From the IMG/VR virus record IMGVR_UViG_3300028920_000039, positions 32,001 through 96,000 of that record: a stretch of DNA of 64,000 bases; one strand, written 5' to 3'. A program made the position numbers and the translations under genes. The notes beneath the pieces are model-generated. The model was not told where the DNA came from. It saw only the letters and a program-made list of their open reading frames with translations, and ran no database searches. This document shows, piece after piece, positions 17,857 through 27,395 of the stretch. Origin of the DNA: a virus. Each line of letters begins with the position of its first letter. The first letter of the stretch is position 1.

Positions 17857-19348
17857 GTTAAACATTATCATTTTTAGCAAGAATCGGCCTTGCCAGCTTG
17901 ATGCATTGCTGAGATCTATTCAGAAACACATTAAGATACCTTTTAGTATATCAGTTTTGTGCAAGGTGGAAGCGCCTTTTGTGGAAGGCTATCGCATTCT
18001 TTCACAACGACCCCAGGGCAAATCTGTAAACTGGTGCTACGAGAACGATTTTTCATCGCAGACCAAGAAGCTAGTAGCACAATGCGATCCCGGTTCGTTC
18101 GTTATGTTTTTGGTGGATGACATCATCTTCAAGAAATCGCTTAGGAATGACAAGACCTTCAAGCAGTTTGGTTGTGATAAGGGAGTTGCAACTTTGTCCC
18201 TCCGGTTGGGCAAAGACATTACAGCAGATGCTAAGAAAGCAGGAAAGAAGATACCGGGTACTCGATGGGATCCAAAGGCTGTGGGGATAAAAGGTTGGAA
18301 TTACCCAATGTCGGTTGATGGTAACATCTTTCGCGCTAAAGATCTACAAGGATATGTTCATGGTTTGACCTTTCACAATCCTAATTCATTCGAGTCGGCT
18401 ATGTCTGTGAATCCTTTGAAAGGTGACATGATGTGTTACCCCAGCTCTCGCCTTGTGAATCTTGCTATAAACAAAGTACAGACGGAAGTCCTTAAGAATG
18501 CCTGTGGCGACATAGATCAATGGTTTCTCAACGAGCAATGGAGAAAGGGGTTTCAGATTAAACTAGAGCCTATTGAGAAGCTGAAACACACTGAGCGCCA
18601 TGTGATTATTGATTCGCTTGCGTTTGAGAAGCAGTTTGGGGAACCTCCTGAGCATGTTCCTCTGGAATTGCTTGATCGATATACCGTGAAGGGCACCATC
18701 CGCGTGATAGATAACTATCGTTATGGTGTTAGCTCTAAACCACAGGTGTTTCGTACAGAACAAGTGGAAGAATATATAAAACTGGTGCAGGCTCGCCAAG
18801 GTAACTACTACAAACGGGCGGATTCTCGTCTGTACGAAGCGTTGAGTACTTACTCCATCAAAGGGAAGTCTGTAGGAGTGGTTGGTTCAATGAAGCCATG
18901 GTATGAAACCGTTTGTCTCTGCTATGGAGCTGTACCTATCACGGTAGAGTACAACACAATCGTGAATGAAGCGAATCGATGGAAGGTAATGACGGTCGAT
19001 GAGTACAGGAAAAATCCTGTTGAGTTTGACGCAGTAATCTCCATTTCGTCTCTTGAACATGATGGGCTTGGAAGGTATGGTGATCCTCTAAATCCAGAAG
19101 GGGACCTTGACGCTATGCATGATTTGAAAAGCATGGTAGTGAAGAACGGGCTTTTGTTCTTGTCGGTGCCTGTGGGGCTTGACACGTTGGTATGGAATTC
19201 TCATCGTGTGTACGGCGCTATCCGTTTGCCTATGCTGATGAAAGGGTGGAAGGTCTTGGCATACTACGGGTATTGTAAACGAGATCTAAAGAAGGATTGT
19301 GGGCGCAAAGCCAATCATCAACCTGTATTTGTTTTGCAAAACATATGA
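17846..19348 (+). CDS. GT-A-like glycosyltransferase fused to DUF268-like methyltransferase-fold domain
   Basis: N-term IFSKNRPCQLDALLRS...FLVDD; C-term SISSLEHDGLGRYGDPLNPEGD; AAGGAG RBS. Confidence 0.7.
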   Translation: MSSRLNIIIFSKNRPCQLDALLRSIQKHIKIPFSISVLCKVEAPFVEGYRILSQRPQGKSVNWCYENDFSSQTKKLVAQCDPGSFVMFLVDDIIFKKSLRNDKTFKQFGCDKGVATLSLRLGKDITADAKKAGKKIPGTRWDPKAVGIKGWNYPMSVDGNIFRAKDLQGYVHGLTFHNPNSFESAMSVNPLKGDMMCYPSSRLVNLAINKVQTEVLKNACGDIDQWFLNEQWRKGFQIKLEPIEKLKHTERHVIIDSLAFEKQFGEPPEHVPLELLDRYTVKGTIRVIDNYRYGVSSKPQVFRTEQVEEYIKLVQARQGNYYKRADSRLYEALSTYSIKGKSVGVVGSMKPWYETVCLCYGAVPITVEYNTIVNEANRWKVMTVDEYRKNPVEFDAVISISSLEHDGLGRYGDPLNPEGDLDAMHDLKSMVVKNGLLFLSVPVGLDTLVWNSHRVYGAIRLPMLMKGWKVLAYYGYCKRDLKKDCGRKANHQPVFVLQNI

Positions 19349-19992
19349 TTCATTGTATTGGTGATAGTCATGTGGGTCTGTTTGCTGGCACAGACAAAGG
19401 TGTAAAGCATTGGCCTAGCAAGAAGTCACCAAACATTCTTCCATGGTTTCGAGCATACAGATTGGGGGGATGTTTGGCTTACAAGATCTGTGAGCCCAAT
19501 ACTCGCACAAGCGGCCATCGCCGTTTGATGCAGGTTCTTGATGAGATTCCTGACAAGCGAGTTCTGCTTAGTTTCGGGGAGATAGATTGTCGGTTGCATC
19601 TTTTGAAGCAGGTTAAGATTCAGAACCGACCTATCAAAGAACTTGTTTATGAATGTGTTAAACGGTACATTTCTTTGATAGTAAAGGTTCAAAACATGGG
19701 GTTTGAAACAATGGTATGGAATGCGCCTGCAACACATCGAGACGATTTTGTTCCTGACCCGAACAACCCTTCCGACGGTTCTTGTGTTGAGAGGAATGTG
19801 ATTACAAAGAAGTTCAATGATGCCCTCCGAAAGCTTCTCCCTGGAAATGTCCCTTTTATTTGCGTGTTTGACAAACTCCTTCTTTCAGATGGGACTACAA
19901 ACATGTATTACTACTATGATGGTACCCATCTTTCGCAGAAAGTGATGCCTTTTGTATTGGAAGAGTTTGCTAGGCAAGGTGTTGTGCTATGA
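19345..19992 (+). CDS. SGNH/GDSL-like hydrolase
   Basis: IGDSH, FGEIDCR, DGTH motifs. Confidence 0.7.
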   Translation: MIHCIGDSHVGLFAGTDKGVKHWPSKKSPNILPWFRAYRLGGCLAYKICEPNTRTSGHRRLMQVLDEIPDKRVLLSFGEIDCRLHLLKQVKIQNRPIKELVYECVKRYISLIVKVQNMGFETMVWNAPATHRDDFVPDPNNPSDGSCVERNVITKKFNDALRKLLPGNVPFICVFDKLLLSDGTTNMYYYYDGTHLSQKVMPFVLEEFARQGVVL

Positions 19993-20600
19993 TGGCATTC
20001 GATATTGGTGCTAATGTCGGGAAATTGACAGCTGAACTTTTGCGAGACTTCGATAAGGTGATCTGTGTAGAAGCAAATTCCGGCCTTATCAACAAGCTGC
20101 GCCGTCGCTTTGAATGGGCCGATGTGACTGTTGTTCACGCTGCCGCAGCTGAGAAGGAAGGCGGGCATATTCCTTTCTATGTAAGCAATGAACATACGCT
20201 TTCTACCGCATCGGTCGAGTGGATTACCAAATCTCGTTTTGCTGCTTCGTCTCGTTGGGACCGCCCGGTTGAGGTACCAACAACTTCACTGAATTACTTG
20301 ATGCGCATTTTTGGTGTGCCTGATTTCATAAAGGTAGATGTCGAAGGCTTCGAGCTGACTGTGTTTAAAGGATTGTCAAAGCCTGTCCCAAAATTATGCT
20401 TTGAATGGGCAGAAGAGCTGTTTTCTTCGACCGTTAAGTGTGTTAAGCGTCTACAGGAGATTGGCTACACGCAGTTCGGTCTGACCCATGGTGAGTACCA
20501 GAGGGACCAGCTAAATTCAGTTGAGTATGCTCGATGGGAACGGCTCATCTTTGACACAAGTTTGCGGAAACGTTATGGAATGATCTGGGCCAAAGTCTGA
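19989..20600 (+). CDS. FkbM family methyltransferase
   Basis: FDIGANVG, VEAN, PDFIKVDVEGFE. Confidence 0.92.
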   Translation: MMAFDIGANVGKLTAELLRDFDKVICVEANSGLINKLRRRFEWADVTVVHAAAAEKEGGHIPFYVSNEHTLSTASVEWITKSRFAASSRWDRPVEVPTTSLNYLMRIFGVPDFIKVDVEGFELTVFKGLSKPVPKLCFEWAEELFSSTVKCVKRLQEIGYTQFGLTHGEYQRDQLNSVEYARWERLIFDTSLRKRYGMIWAKV

Positions 20601-21295
20601 TGTTGTACACAGTTCAAATTCCGCTAAGAACCAGCCAAGCTCGTTACCAGATGTGTGTCGGTATCCTTGAGCAGCAGACCTTCAAGGACTTCGAGTTAAT
20701 AGTGGCTGATGATTGCACCGACCAGGAACCTCTCAAACCAATAAAAACGAGCTTTCCACATCGTTTGGTAAGGATGGGTCCACGTTCTCCCGGATGGGCC
20801 TATTCGCTTGGCAGAAATGTGTGCATCGACTTCGCCAGTCCCGAGGCACAATATTTGGTGTATGTAGACGGTGACTGGCTGCTCCATCCGAATGCTCTGC
20901 AAGACACTCGTCCTTTCCTGAACATGCATACAAACATCCATGGATGGAAAAAGTATATCAATGAGGAAGGAGTGGTTACGAGAGAACGCTGGTATGCAGA
21001 GCAGCAGATCTTGCCTTTTGATCTTGTGCTTGCTTCTGGTGGATTCGATGAAGTCTACTTCCCGTGGTACGGACATTCAGTCAAAGATCTGTGGCGTCGG
21101 ATGAACCGAATACGTAAGATGGAAGATCAAAATGTAGCTGAGTTTTCGGCTGATTGTATTGGTACAGATATTCGATTCCAACGAGACGACAAGGTGAATG
21201 CTCTGCTAACAAAGCGGCTGGCGAAAATGGGAACCAAGCAGCCCATCCTTCGACGAACAGTACCGGCTGAACTGGTGTATGAATACGGGTACTAA
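20600..21295 (+). CDS. glycosyltransferase family 2-like
   Basis: LEQQTFKDFELIVADD, YVDGD, GGFDEVY. Confidence 0.75.
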   Translation: MLYTVQIPLRTSQARYQMCVGILEQQTFKDFELIVADDCTDQEPLKPIKTSFPHRLVRMGPRSPGWAYSLGRNVCIDFASPEAQYLVYVDGDWLLHPNALQDTRPFLNMHTNIHGWKKYINEEGVVTRERWYAEQQILPFDLVLASGGFDEVYFPWYGHSVKDLWRRMNRIRKMEDQNVAEFSADCIGTDIRFQRDDKVNALLTKRLAKMGTKQPILRRTVPAELVYEYGY

Positions 21296-21304
21296 GGAGA
21301 TATC

Positions 21305-22027
21305 ATGCTCTACTCCATACAAATACCTATTAGAGGCCCACAGGTCATATACGATCGACAGATCGACGCCTTGTCGAGGCAAACTTGTCAAGATTTCGAG
21401 GTTATCGTCTGCGATGATTGTGCGAAGAAATTTCCTTGTTTGAAACCCCAACCCTCCTTGTTTCCTCAGAAGATGGTCAGAATCGTTGATCGAATAGATG
21501 GATGGGGCTATCCCATTGCACGCAATGCTGCTCTGGATAACTGCTCGAAGAAAGCCAAGTACATGGTTCGTCTTGATGGTGATTGGGTTCTTCGAAACAC
21601 TGTTTTGGAAGACATTCTTCCTTTGTTGTCGACCCATACTCTTCTGGAAGGGTTCAAGCTCGGAAGTAACGGGAAGCTAAAGGAATTCGCTCCTTTCTCT
21701 GTTATGCCTCTTGATGCTGTGTTTTCTTGCGGAGGGTGGGAGGAGGCTTTCTTTCCGTGGTATAGTGACTGGGAAGACTTCAAGCGCCGCCTGCTTTTGG
21801 TCAGAGAATTCGAGATTAAGAGTACTGAATTGCTCTTTGCTGATGACACAGGCGAAGCTGATATGACGACTGTTCGGGATCGTTCCCATACACGAAAGTT
21901 GGCCAAGTTCTTTGCGCGGCAAGGTACCACGGTTCCTCTCATGCGAGATCTGTTTGAGAACGAAGTTGTTTTCAAGTGTGGCTACAAAAAGAAAAGAAGC
22001 AAAAATGAGAATTGTGACCAGTTTTAG
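21305..22027 (+). CDS. glycosyltransferase family 2-like (paralog of 20600..21295)
   Basis: LSRQTCQDFEVIVCDD, RNAAL, RLDGD, GGWEE. Confidence 0.75.
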   Translation: MLYSIQIPIRGPQVIYDRQIDALSRQTCQDFEVIVCDDCAKKFPCLKPQPSLFPQKMVRIVDRIDGWGYPIARNAALDNCSKKAKYMVRLDGDWVLRNTVLEDILPLLSTHTLLEGFKLGSNGKLKEFAPFSVMPLDAVFSCGGWEEAFFPWYSDWEDFKRRLLLVREFEIKSTELLFADDTGEADMTTVRDRSHTRKLAKFFARQGTTVPLMRDLFENEVVFKCGYKKKRSKNENCDQF

Positions 22028-23567
22028 TGGACGTCTTTATTATACTACTGGTAAGGATGCTTTGAAGACTATGGCCACCCAGAGTGGTGCTGACTTGCCT
22101 GTTATCGCGTACCATGAGAACAGCTGGGAAGGCACTAATCCGATGAGTGGTCGAACTGTGTGTGAGGTTGACAAACTGGATGGTGTCACCTATCTGGATC
22201 TGTTTGAGTGTGTGCCTGATTTGAGAAAGGTGGTGGCGTACCCTGAGTGGGAACGAGGGAAGACCTACCTGAACAAGAATACCCCTTTTTTCCTTCGAAA
22301 GACAGCGGCAATGTGGCATGCCGTCACTGACAATCCTGCAGACATGTATCTCTGGCTTGATTGTGATTGTTACATGAAGAAGCCTTTCAATCGCCGCCTG
22401 CTTGAGTTCGCTGAGAATTATGACATTTGCTATCTAGACAGGCAACGCATCTCCACTGATACAGGTGTGATTTTCTTTAACACCAAGAAGAATCCCAGGC
22501 TTATTGACTTTATCAAAGAGTGGTACTATCTCTATCTCAACAAAGGTATCTTCAAGATTAAGGGATATGAATCTTGGGCCGATACTGACGCCTTTGACTT
22601 TCTCAGAAGGAAGTACCGAAATCTTTTCACCTTTGGTCAGCTTCAGTCAGGCGAAGGCAGGCGACTATGGTTCCAGCCACGGGAATGGGCGGCTTCTTCT
22701 AAGCGACATCCGTGGTCAATAGAGGAGGGGTGGGAGTATATCCTTCACCTCAAACATCCTCTTAAGAAAATCAGGAAGCCTGTGAAGAGTTCTCGCCCTA
22801 ACATTACTCAGAATCGAGGGCACATCTATGTGGCTTTCGGCAAAGAGTACGACAAAGTGGCGGTGCATTCAGTAGCTTTCCTGCGAAGGGTTTCAAACCT
22901 GCCTGTGCATGTGGTGACCAACATACCCATGTCAGATCGGCATCCTTCTTGGAACAAGCTGAGTAATGTGACGTTTTCCTACTGGCCGATGCAAGACGCG
23001 GATAACAGAGTGCCAAAGACCCTGCTATGCCAGTATTCACCATTTCAGGAAACTCTCTATACCGATGTGGACAGCTTGATACACTCCCCTAAGTTCATGG
23101 AAGTATTCGGCCTGCTTGAACAGAACGATATCCTGCTACCGATCTGGCGTCACAACATCTATGAGAACCAGCTTCCTATCGAATCAAGGCCGCTTTTCTC
23201 AAAGTTTCTTCGGCAATTTCCTCGTCCTGGTTTTCATCCGAAGCAGCCCCTTACCATATACGGGGGCGGTACTTGCGTCTTCAAAAAGAACGAGCAAGTT
23301 GAAAGGTTTTTCTTGATGTACAATGAGTACTGGAACCGCACAGGCAGAGGAAGAGACATGCCTGCCCTTGCCATCACCGTAGCTACCTGCGCTGACAAAC
23401 TAAGCATCGGTTTGCTGTCTAATGACTACAACCGCCATAATAGCAAGATCATTCAGTCGGTCCACGGTAAGGCCAGATCAAAACATCTCCCTTCTTATGT
23501 AGCTTTTCGGCCGAATGCGCAAACCAATCAATGGGAACACCAGAGGAAGAATGGCTCATGGGTATGA
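22005..23567 (+). CDS. two-domain GT-A glycosyltransferase
   Basis: N domain YLWLDCD; C domain GHIYVAFG...TLYTDVD. Confidence 0.7.
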   Translation: MRIVTSFSGRLYYTTGKDALKTMATQSGADLPVIAYHENSWEGTNPMSGRTVCEVDKLDGVTYLDLFECVPDLRKVVAYPEWERGKTYLNKNTPFFLRKTAAMWHAVTDNPADMYLWLDCDCYMKKPFNRRLLEFAENYDICYLDRQRISTDTGVIFFNTKKNPRLIDFIKEWYYLYLNKGIFKIKGYESWADTDAFDFLRRKYRNLFTFGQLQSGEGRRLWFQPREWAASSKRHPWSIEEGWEYILHLKHPLKKIRKPVKSSRPNITQNRGHIYVAFGKEYDKVAVHSVAFLRRVSNLPVHVVTNIPMSDRHPSWNKLSNVTFSYWPMQDADNRVPKTLLCQYSPFQETLYTDVDSLIHSPKFMEVFGLLEQNDILLPIWRHNIYENQLPIESRPLFSKFLRQFPRPGFHPKQPLTIYGGGTCVFKKNEQVERFFLMYNEYWNRTGRGRDMPALAITVATCADKLSIGLLSNDYNRHNSKIIQSVHGKARSKHLPSYVAFRPNAQTNQWEHQRKNGSWV

Positions 23568-24286
23568 AAGGGCACATCTATGTGGCTTTCGGCAAAGGAT
23601 ATGATGAACAAGCTGCTCATTCGGCCTTGGCAGCTCGTCGTTTTTCCACCCTCCCAATATGTGTTTTGACGAACCGGAGAAGCGGTAAGCGATCTAAGGT
23701 CTGGGACAAAGTTTCGAATGTGTCCTTTCTTGAATTTGATCTGACTGACAATGAGAATCGGGCTGTCAAAACTCGGATCGATGAGTATAGTCCTTACGAT
23801 GAGACGCTATACACCGACACAGACACAGTCATCCAGTCACCTCGATTCATACAGGGCTTCGACGCTCTACAGGATGCTCATGTGGCTTTCTCAATAGACC
23901 GTGTGTTCCGTCCTGGCCGAAAAGTTCTCAGGCTGTACCAGCAGGCAATGAACATGTTCAAGGTAGATCTGCCGATGGTTGTGTATCAGGGCGGGGTGTG
24001 TTTCTTTCAGAAGTGCCAGCCTACTACGGAGTTTTTTACTTTGTGGAACGCTTATTGGCAGCAGTTCGGAAGAGGCAGAGAAATGATGTGCTTGGCATGT
24101 GCTGCCAAGAATGTGATTGGAGTTGCAATCGGCATACTTTCCAGGGAGTTTGGGCACCCTCATAGTACTATCATTCAGCATTTCCACAGTGCTTCCGCTC
24201 CACACACTGATCTCATTCCGAAGATCAAGAAGAACAAACCTTTTGACAAGGTGTACGGTCGTAGAAAATGGGATTGGGTGGACTGA
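23564..24286 (+). CDS. GT-A glycosyltransferase (GHIYVAFG paralog family)
   Basis: GHIYVAFG...SPYDETLYTDTD...YQGGVCFF. Confidence 0.7.
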   Translation: MKGHIYVAFGKGYDEQAAHSALAARRFSTLPICVLTNRRSGKRSKVWDKVSNVSFLEFDLTDNENRAVKTRIDEYSPYDETLYTDTDTVIQSPRFIQGFDALQDAHVAFSIDRVFRPGRKVLRLYQQAMNMFKVDLPMVVYQGGVCFFQKCQPTTEFFTLWNAYWQQFGRGREMMCLACAAKNVIGVAIGILSREFGHPHSTIIQHFHSASAPHTDLIPKIKKNKPFDKVYGRRKWDWVD

Positions 24287-25041
24287 TGCGGTTTCTCATC
24301 ATTTCTCGACAACGCGCTGGTTCGCACATGTTGTCTTCAATGCTTGACTCTCATCCTGATCTGACTTGCTTCGGTGAGGCAGAAAATGTGGCTTGGCTGG
24401 ACAGGTTGCATGAAGGCCAAGGCGCTATGATCAAGTACAACCGTGTTGAAGATCGGGAGAAGCTGGGGCAGTTCCGTTTGATACATTTGGTGAGGAAAGA
24501 TTTGTTGGAGCTTACTATCTCCAACTACCTTCTGAAATGCACCACTAAACTAGGAAGCAGTGTGCCGTTTCATAAAGTGCATACAGACTCAGACGACTTG
24601 CTGATATGGGGCGAAACCATGGAAGGTGATGCGTGCTGGGACAAGGATTTTACACCTGCTGTTTTGCAAGAGGACCGCACGAAGAACAGGTACAGGTACA
24701 CAACCGACAAGCAGACCGGCTTTCCGATTGATCTCCTGAGCGCTGGTTCACTCGGAAAGGTGATGGGTCGCCTGTGTGAGGAAGTGCTTTCGTGGCATGA
24801 TTTTCTCAAAGACAGGGCGCTCACTGTTTTCTATGAGGACATTGTTGGCTCGTCTCGAGAGACCACAACAATGCCTGAGGATATTTCTCGCAGGATCTGC
24901 AGACATCTGGGTGTGCCCCAGCACACCATGACAACGTCTTTTAAGAAGGTGAACAAGTTTGATCGACACTCTCTTCCAAAGAAGGTTCGTCATTTAAAAT
25001 CGCAGTTGCGTGATATGTATGTAAACACCTTGTTAACATGA
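24286..25041 (+). CDS. sulfotransferase, Stf0-like
   Basis: IISRQRAGSHMLSSMLDSHPDL.CFGE, IHLVRKD, VFYEDI. Confidence 0.75.
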   Translation: MRFLIISRQRAGSHMLSSMLDSHPDLTCFGEAENVAWLDRLHEGQGAMIKYNRVEDREKLGQFRLIHLVRKDLLELTISNYLLKCTTKLGSSVPFHKVHTDSDDLLIWGETMEGDACWDKDFTPAVLQEDRTKNRYRYTTDKQTGFPIDLLSAGSLGKVMGRLCEEVLSWHDFLKDRALTVFYEDIVGSSRETTTMPEDISRRICRHLGVPQHTMTTSFKKVNKFDRHSLPKKVRHLKSQLRDMYVNTLLT

Positions 25042-25757
25042 CGAGAGGCCATCTATACATAGCGTTTGGAATTGAGTACGACAAGGCCACCGCCTTTTCA
25101 GTAGCAACCCTGAGGAAGCATTCTACCTTGCCTGTCTGTGTTCTGACGAATGTCAAGAAACGACACCCCAAGTGGAAGGAATGCGACAACGTCAAGTTTG
25201 TGTTTATGGAGAGTGCAGATCGTGACAACAGGGATGTCAAGACTCGAATGGTCAACTTCACCCCTTACGACGAATCGTTGTACACTGATTCAGACACACT
25301 CATTCTGTCCAACAAGTTTGCACTGGCATTCGATGTTCTCAAGAACTGTGACATAGCATTCCCTTACTACCCCGGAAAGCAAAGTGCACAGCGGCTGGCC
25401 ACACCTATCTATCGGGAAGCGCTGGCTAAGTTCAAAGTGAAAGACATACCACTTGTGTACCAAGGGGGTGTTTGCGTCTTTCGCAGAAATGACGCAGTCA
25501 AGAAGTTCTTTGCTCTGTGGAATGAGTATTGGAAGGTGGACAGGTTCAGAGATATGCCTCCACTGGTAGCGGCTGTTCACAATGTTCATGGTGTGGCGAT
25601 AGGCTTGCTGTCCCAGAATTATGGATTTCCTCATAGCGATATTATTCAGCACTTCTATGGTTGGCGCCCTCCTAAGACCGGCGCCTTGCCACAGTTTGTC
25701 AAGGACGCCGCAAATGAAACCAGTCGACGCTGGGAACCCCGGAGATGTTTTCGATGA
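25038..25757 (+). CDS. GT-A glycosyltransferase (GHLYIAFG paralog family)
   Basis: GHLYIAFG...TPYDESLYTDSD...YQGGVCVF. Confidence 0.7.
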   Translation: MTRGHLYIAFGIEYDKATAFSVATLRKHSTLPVCVLTNVKKRHPKWKECDNVKFVFMESADRDNRDVKTRMVNFTPYDESLYTDSDTLILSNKFALAFDVLKNCDIAFPYYPGKQSAQRLATPIYREALAKFKVKDIPLVYQGGVCVFRRNDAVKKFFALWNEYWKVDRFRDMPPLVAAVHNVHGVAIGLLSQNYGFPHSDIIQHFYGWRPPKTGALPQFVKDAANETSRRWEPRRCFR

Positions 25758-26575
25758 AAGAGCTAGACCTACTGATCGTTATCAGATGCCACGTGGACCC
25801 GATGTTGGTAGTTGATACCTATCATGCAGCACAGTACAATACTGGCCCCGAAACTGATGTGGTGTTTGCAGTTGATGGCGACACACCAAAGTTTTCTCGA
25901 AAGATGCTGGATCTTTTCGGGAAAGAGCGAGTGTATATTGCTAGCCACAGATGGGGATGGGGCGCAGGCTTGTTCAGTTTGCTACTGGAATCCTACCTGT
26001 ACTTTCGTGAAATCTATCGGTTTAACCATTTTCAATCTATCGACTACGATACACTTTACATTGCTCCTGAAGCTGATCGTATGCTACTTGATAGGATCAC
26101 TAGTTCCAAGATAGGGTTGTTGGGTTGCCACCGTCCTTCAAACTCCCATTGGAAGAAGGTCTACGAGAAGAATGCAGAGCGATTTGTGGAGGTATTCGGT
26201 CACCCCGGACGTGCCTACACGCATGGCGAAGGGGTTCAAGGCGGATACATGACCCTAACTTCCTCGCTTCTCCAGAACATGGCTACTCGCAAAATGTTTC
26301 GGCCCCCTTACACAGTGGCCAGCTCATACACTTCGATTGCCGATGACCATCTTCTGCCGATTTTTGTGAGAATGTGCAACAAAGAGGTTGTGGATGTATC
26401 TGACTTTGCTCGGTGCTTCTGGAAGGCTCGTGAGGATCCGCGAGGTTTGGAAGAGAAAGGCTATAAGGTCTTTCATCCTACCAAGCTGAATCCTCATAAC
26501 AAGAGTAGGTCAACAGAAGTGGAGATGCGTAACTACTTTCGAAAACTTCGTGGTTGCTCCGATATGCTCAAATGA
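25754..26575 (+). CDS. putative glycosyltransferase
   Basis: VVFAVDG, SIDYD DxD-like motif, position in the GT cluster. Confidence 0.5.
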   Translation: MKELDLLIVIRCHVDPMLVVDTYHAAQYNTGPETDVVFAVDGDTPKFSRKMLDLFGKERVYIASHRWGWGAGLFSLLLESYLYFREIYRFNHFQSIDYDTLYIAPEADRMLLDRITSSKIGLLGCHRPSNSHWKKVYEKNAERFVEVFGHPGRAYTHGEGVQGGYMTLTSSLLQNMATRKMFRPPYTVASSYTSIADDHLLPIFVRMCNKEVVDVSDFARCFWKAREDPRGLEEKGYKVFHPTKLNPHNKSRSTEVEMRNYFRKLRGCSDMLK

Positions 26576-26955
26576 AGACCCTTATACACATCACAGGCAA
26601 AAAGCTAACGCTCAAGTTTTCTCCTGAGGGTGCGCTTTCCAGTGCACGGTTAGATGGTAAGAGTGTGACAGATGAGCTAATGTATGTGAAGAAGGCCAAC
26701 TCCACTGAATCTCTGTCAGTGTTTGGGTTTGGTGAAAGGTGGGAACCCGGGTTGGTTGGTTGCTTCAAACGCCTTGAGGCCATACTGGAACCTATGAACT
26801 TTTCCATCCTTAAGGTCGACAAAGTGCGGCAGGATGTGTATGAGATTTTCTTGTGTTCTTCCAAAGACACAGCATTCGTCAACCGAACAGCTCTCATGAG
26901 TCTGCATTACAATCACCGAGAAGACAAGTTCGTTGCAGTTGTAAAAACATACTAA
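26572..26955 (+). CDS. hypothetical protein
   Basis: ATGA-coupled ORF. Confidence 0.6.
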   Translation: MKTLIHITGKKLTLKFSPEGALSSARLDGKSVTDELMYVKKANSTESLSVFGFGERWEPGLVGCFKRLEAILEPMNFSILKVDKVRQDVYEIFLCSSKDTAFVNRTALMSLHYNHREDKFVAVVKTY

Positions 26956-26966
26956 GGAGGTACGAT

Positions 26967-27395
26967 ATGTATACAGTTCGAAAGAAGTTCACAGTAGAAA
27001 TGTCTCACCAGCTTGAAAGAGCATACAGCAGTTGTTGCACTGATTGTATACATGGCCACTCGTATACAATCGAGTTGTTTTTCACTGCCTCAGTGCTTGA
27101 CGAAAACGGTATGGTGATTGATTTTGGAGAGGTGAAGGAAGTCTGTAAACCCGTCATTGATCAGTTTGATCATGCATTGGTTCTTCCTAAGAGTCTTGCT
27201 GAGAAATATGGGCCTCACATGGCTGCTCTAAGCAAAAAACTGATTATTGTTGATGCGAACCCGACTGCTGAGTGGATGGCCTTTCATTTGTACACCGTTA
27301 TCTGCCAGGCGCTTCCTGAGCTGTTCAAGGTGCGAGTTCACGAAACAGTCACTGGTTGGGCTGAGTGGTTTGAAGACAAAAAAGACCAGATATGA
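26967..27395 (+). CDS. queD: 6-carboxy-5,6,7,8-tetrahydropterin synthase (QueD/PTPS)
   Basis: KKFTVEMSH, C..IHGHSY, GMVIDFGEVK, DHALV, PTAEWMA, VRVHET. Confidence 0.92.
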   Translation: MYTVRKKFTVEMSHQLERAYSSCCTDCIHGHSYTIELFFTASVLDENGMVIDFGEVKEVCKPVIDQFDHALVLPKSLAEKYGPHMAALSKKLIIVDANPTAEWMAFHLYTVICQALPELFKVRVHETVTGWAEWFEDKKDQI

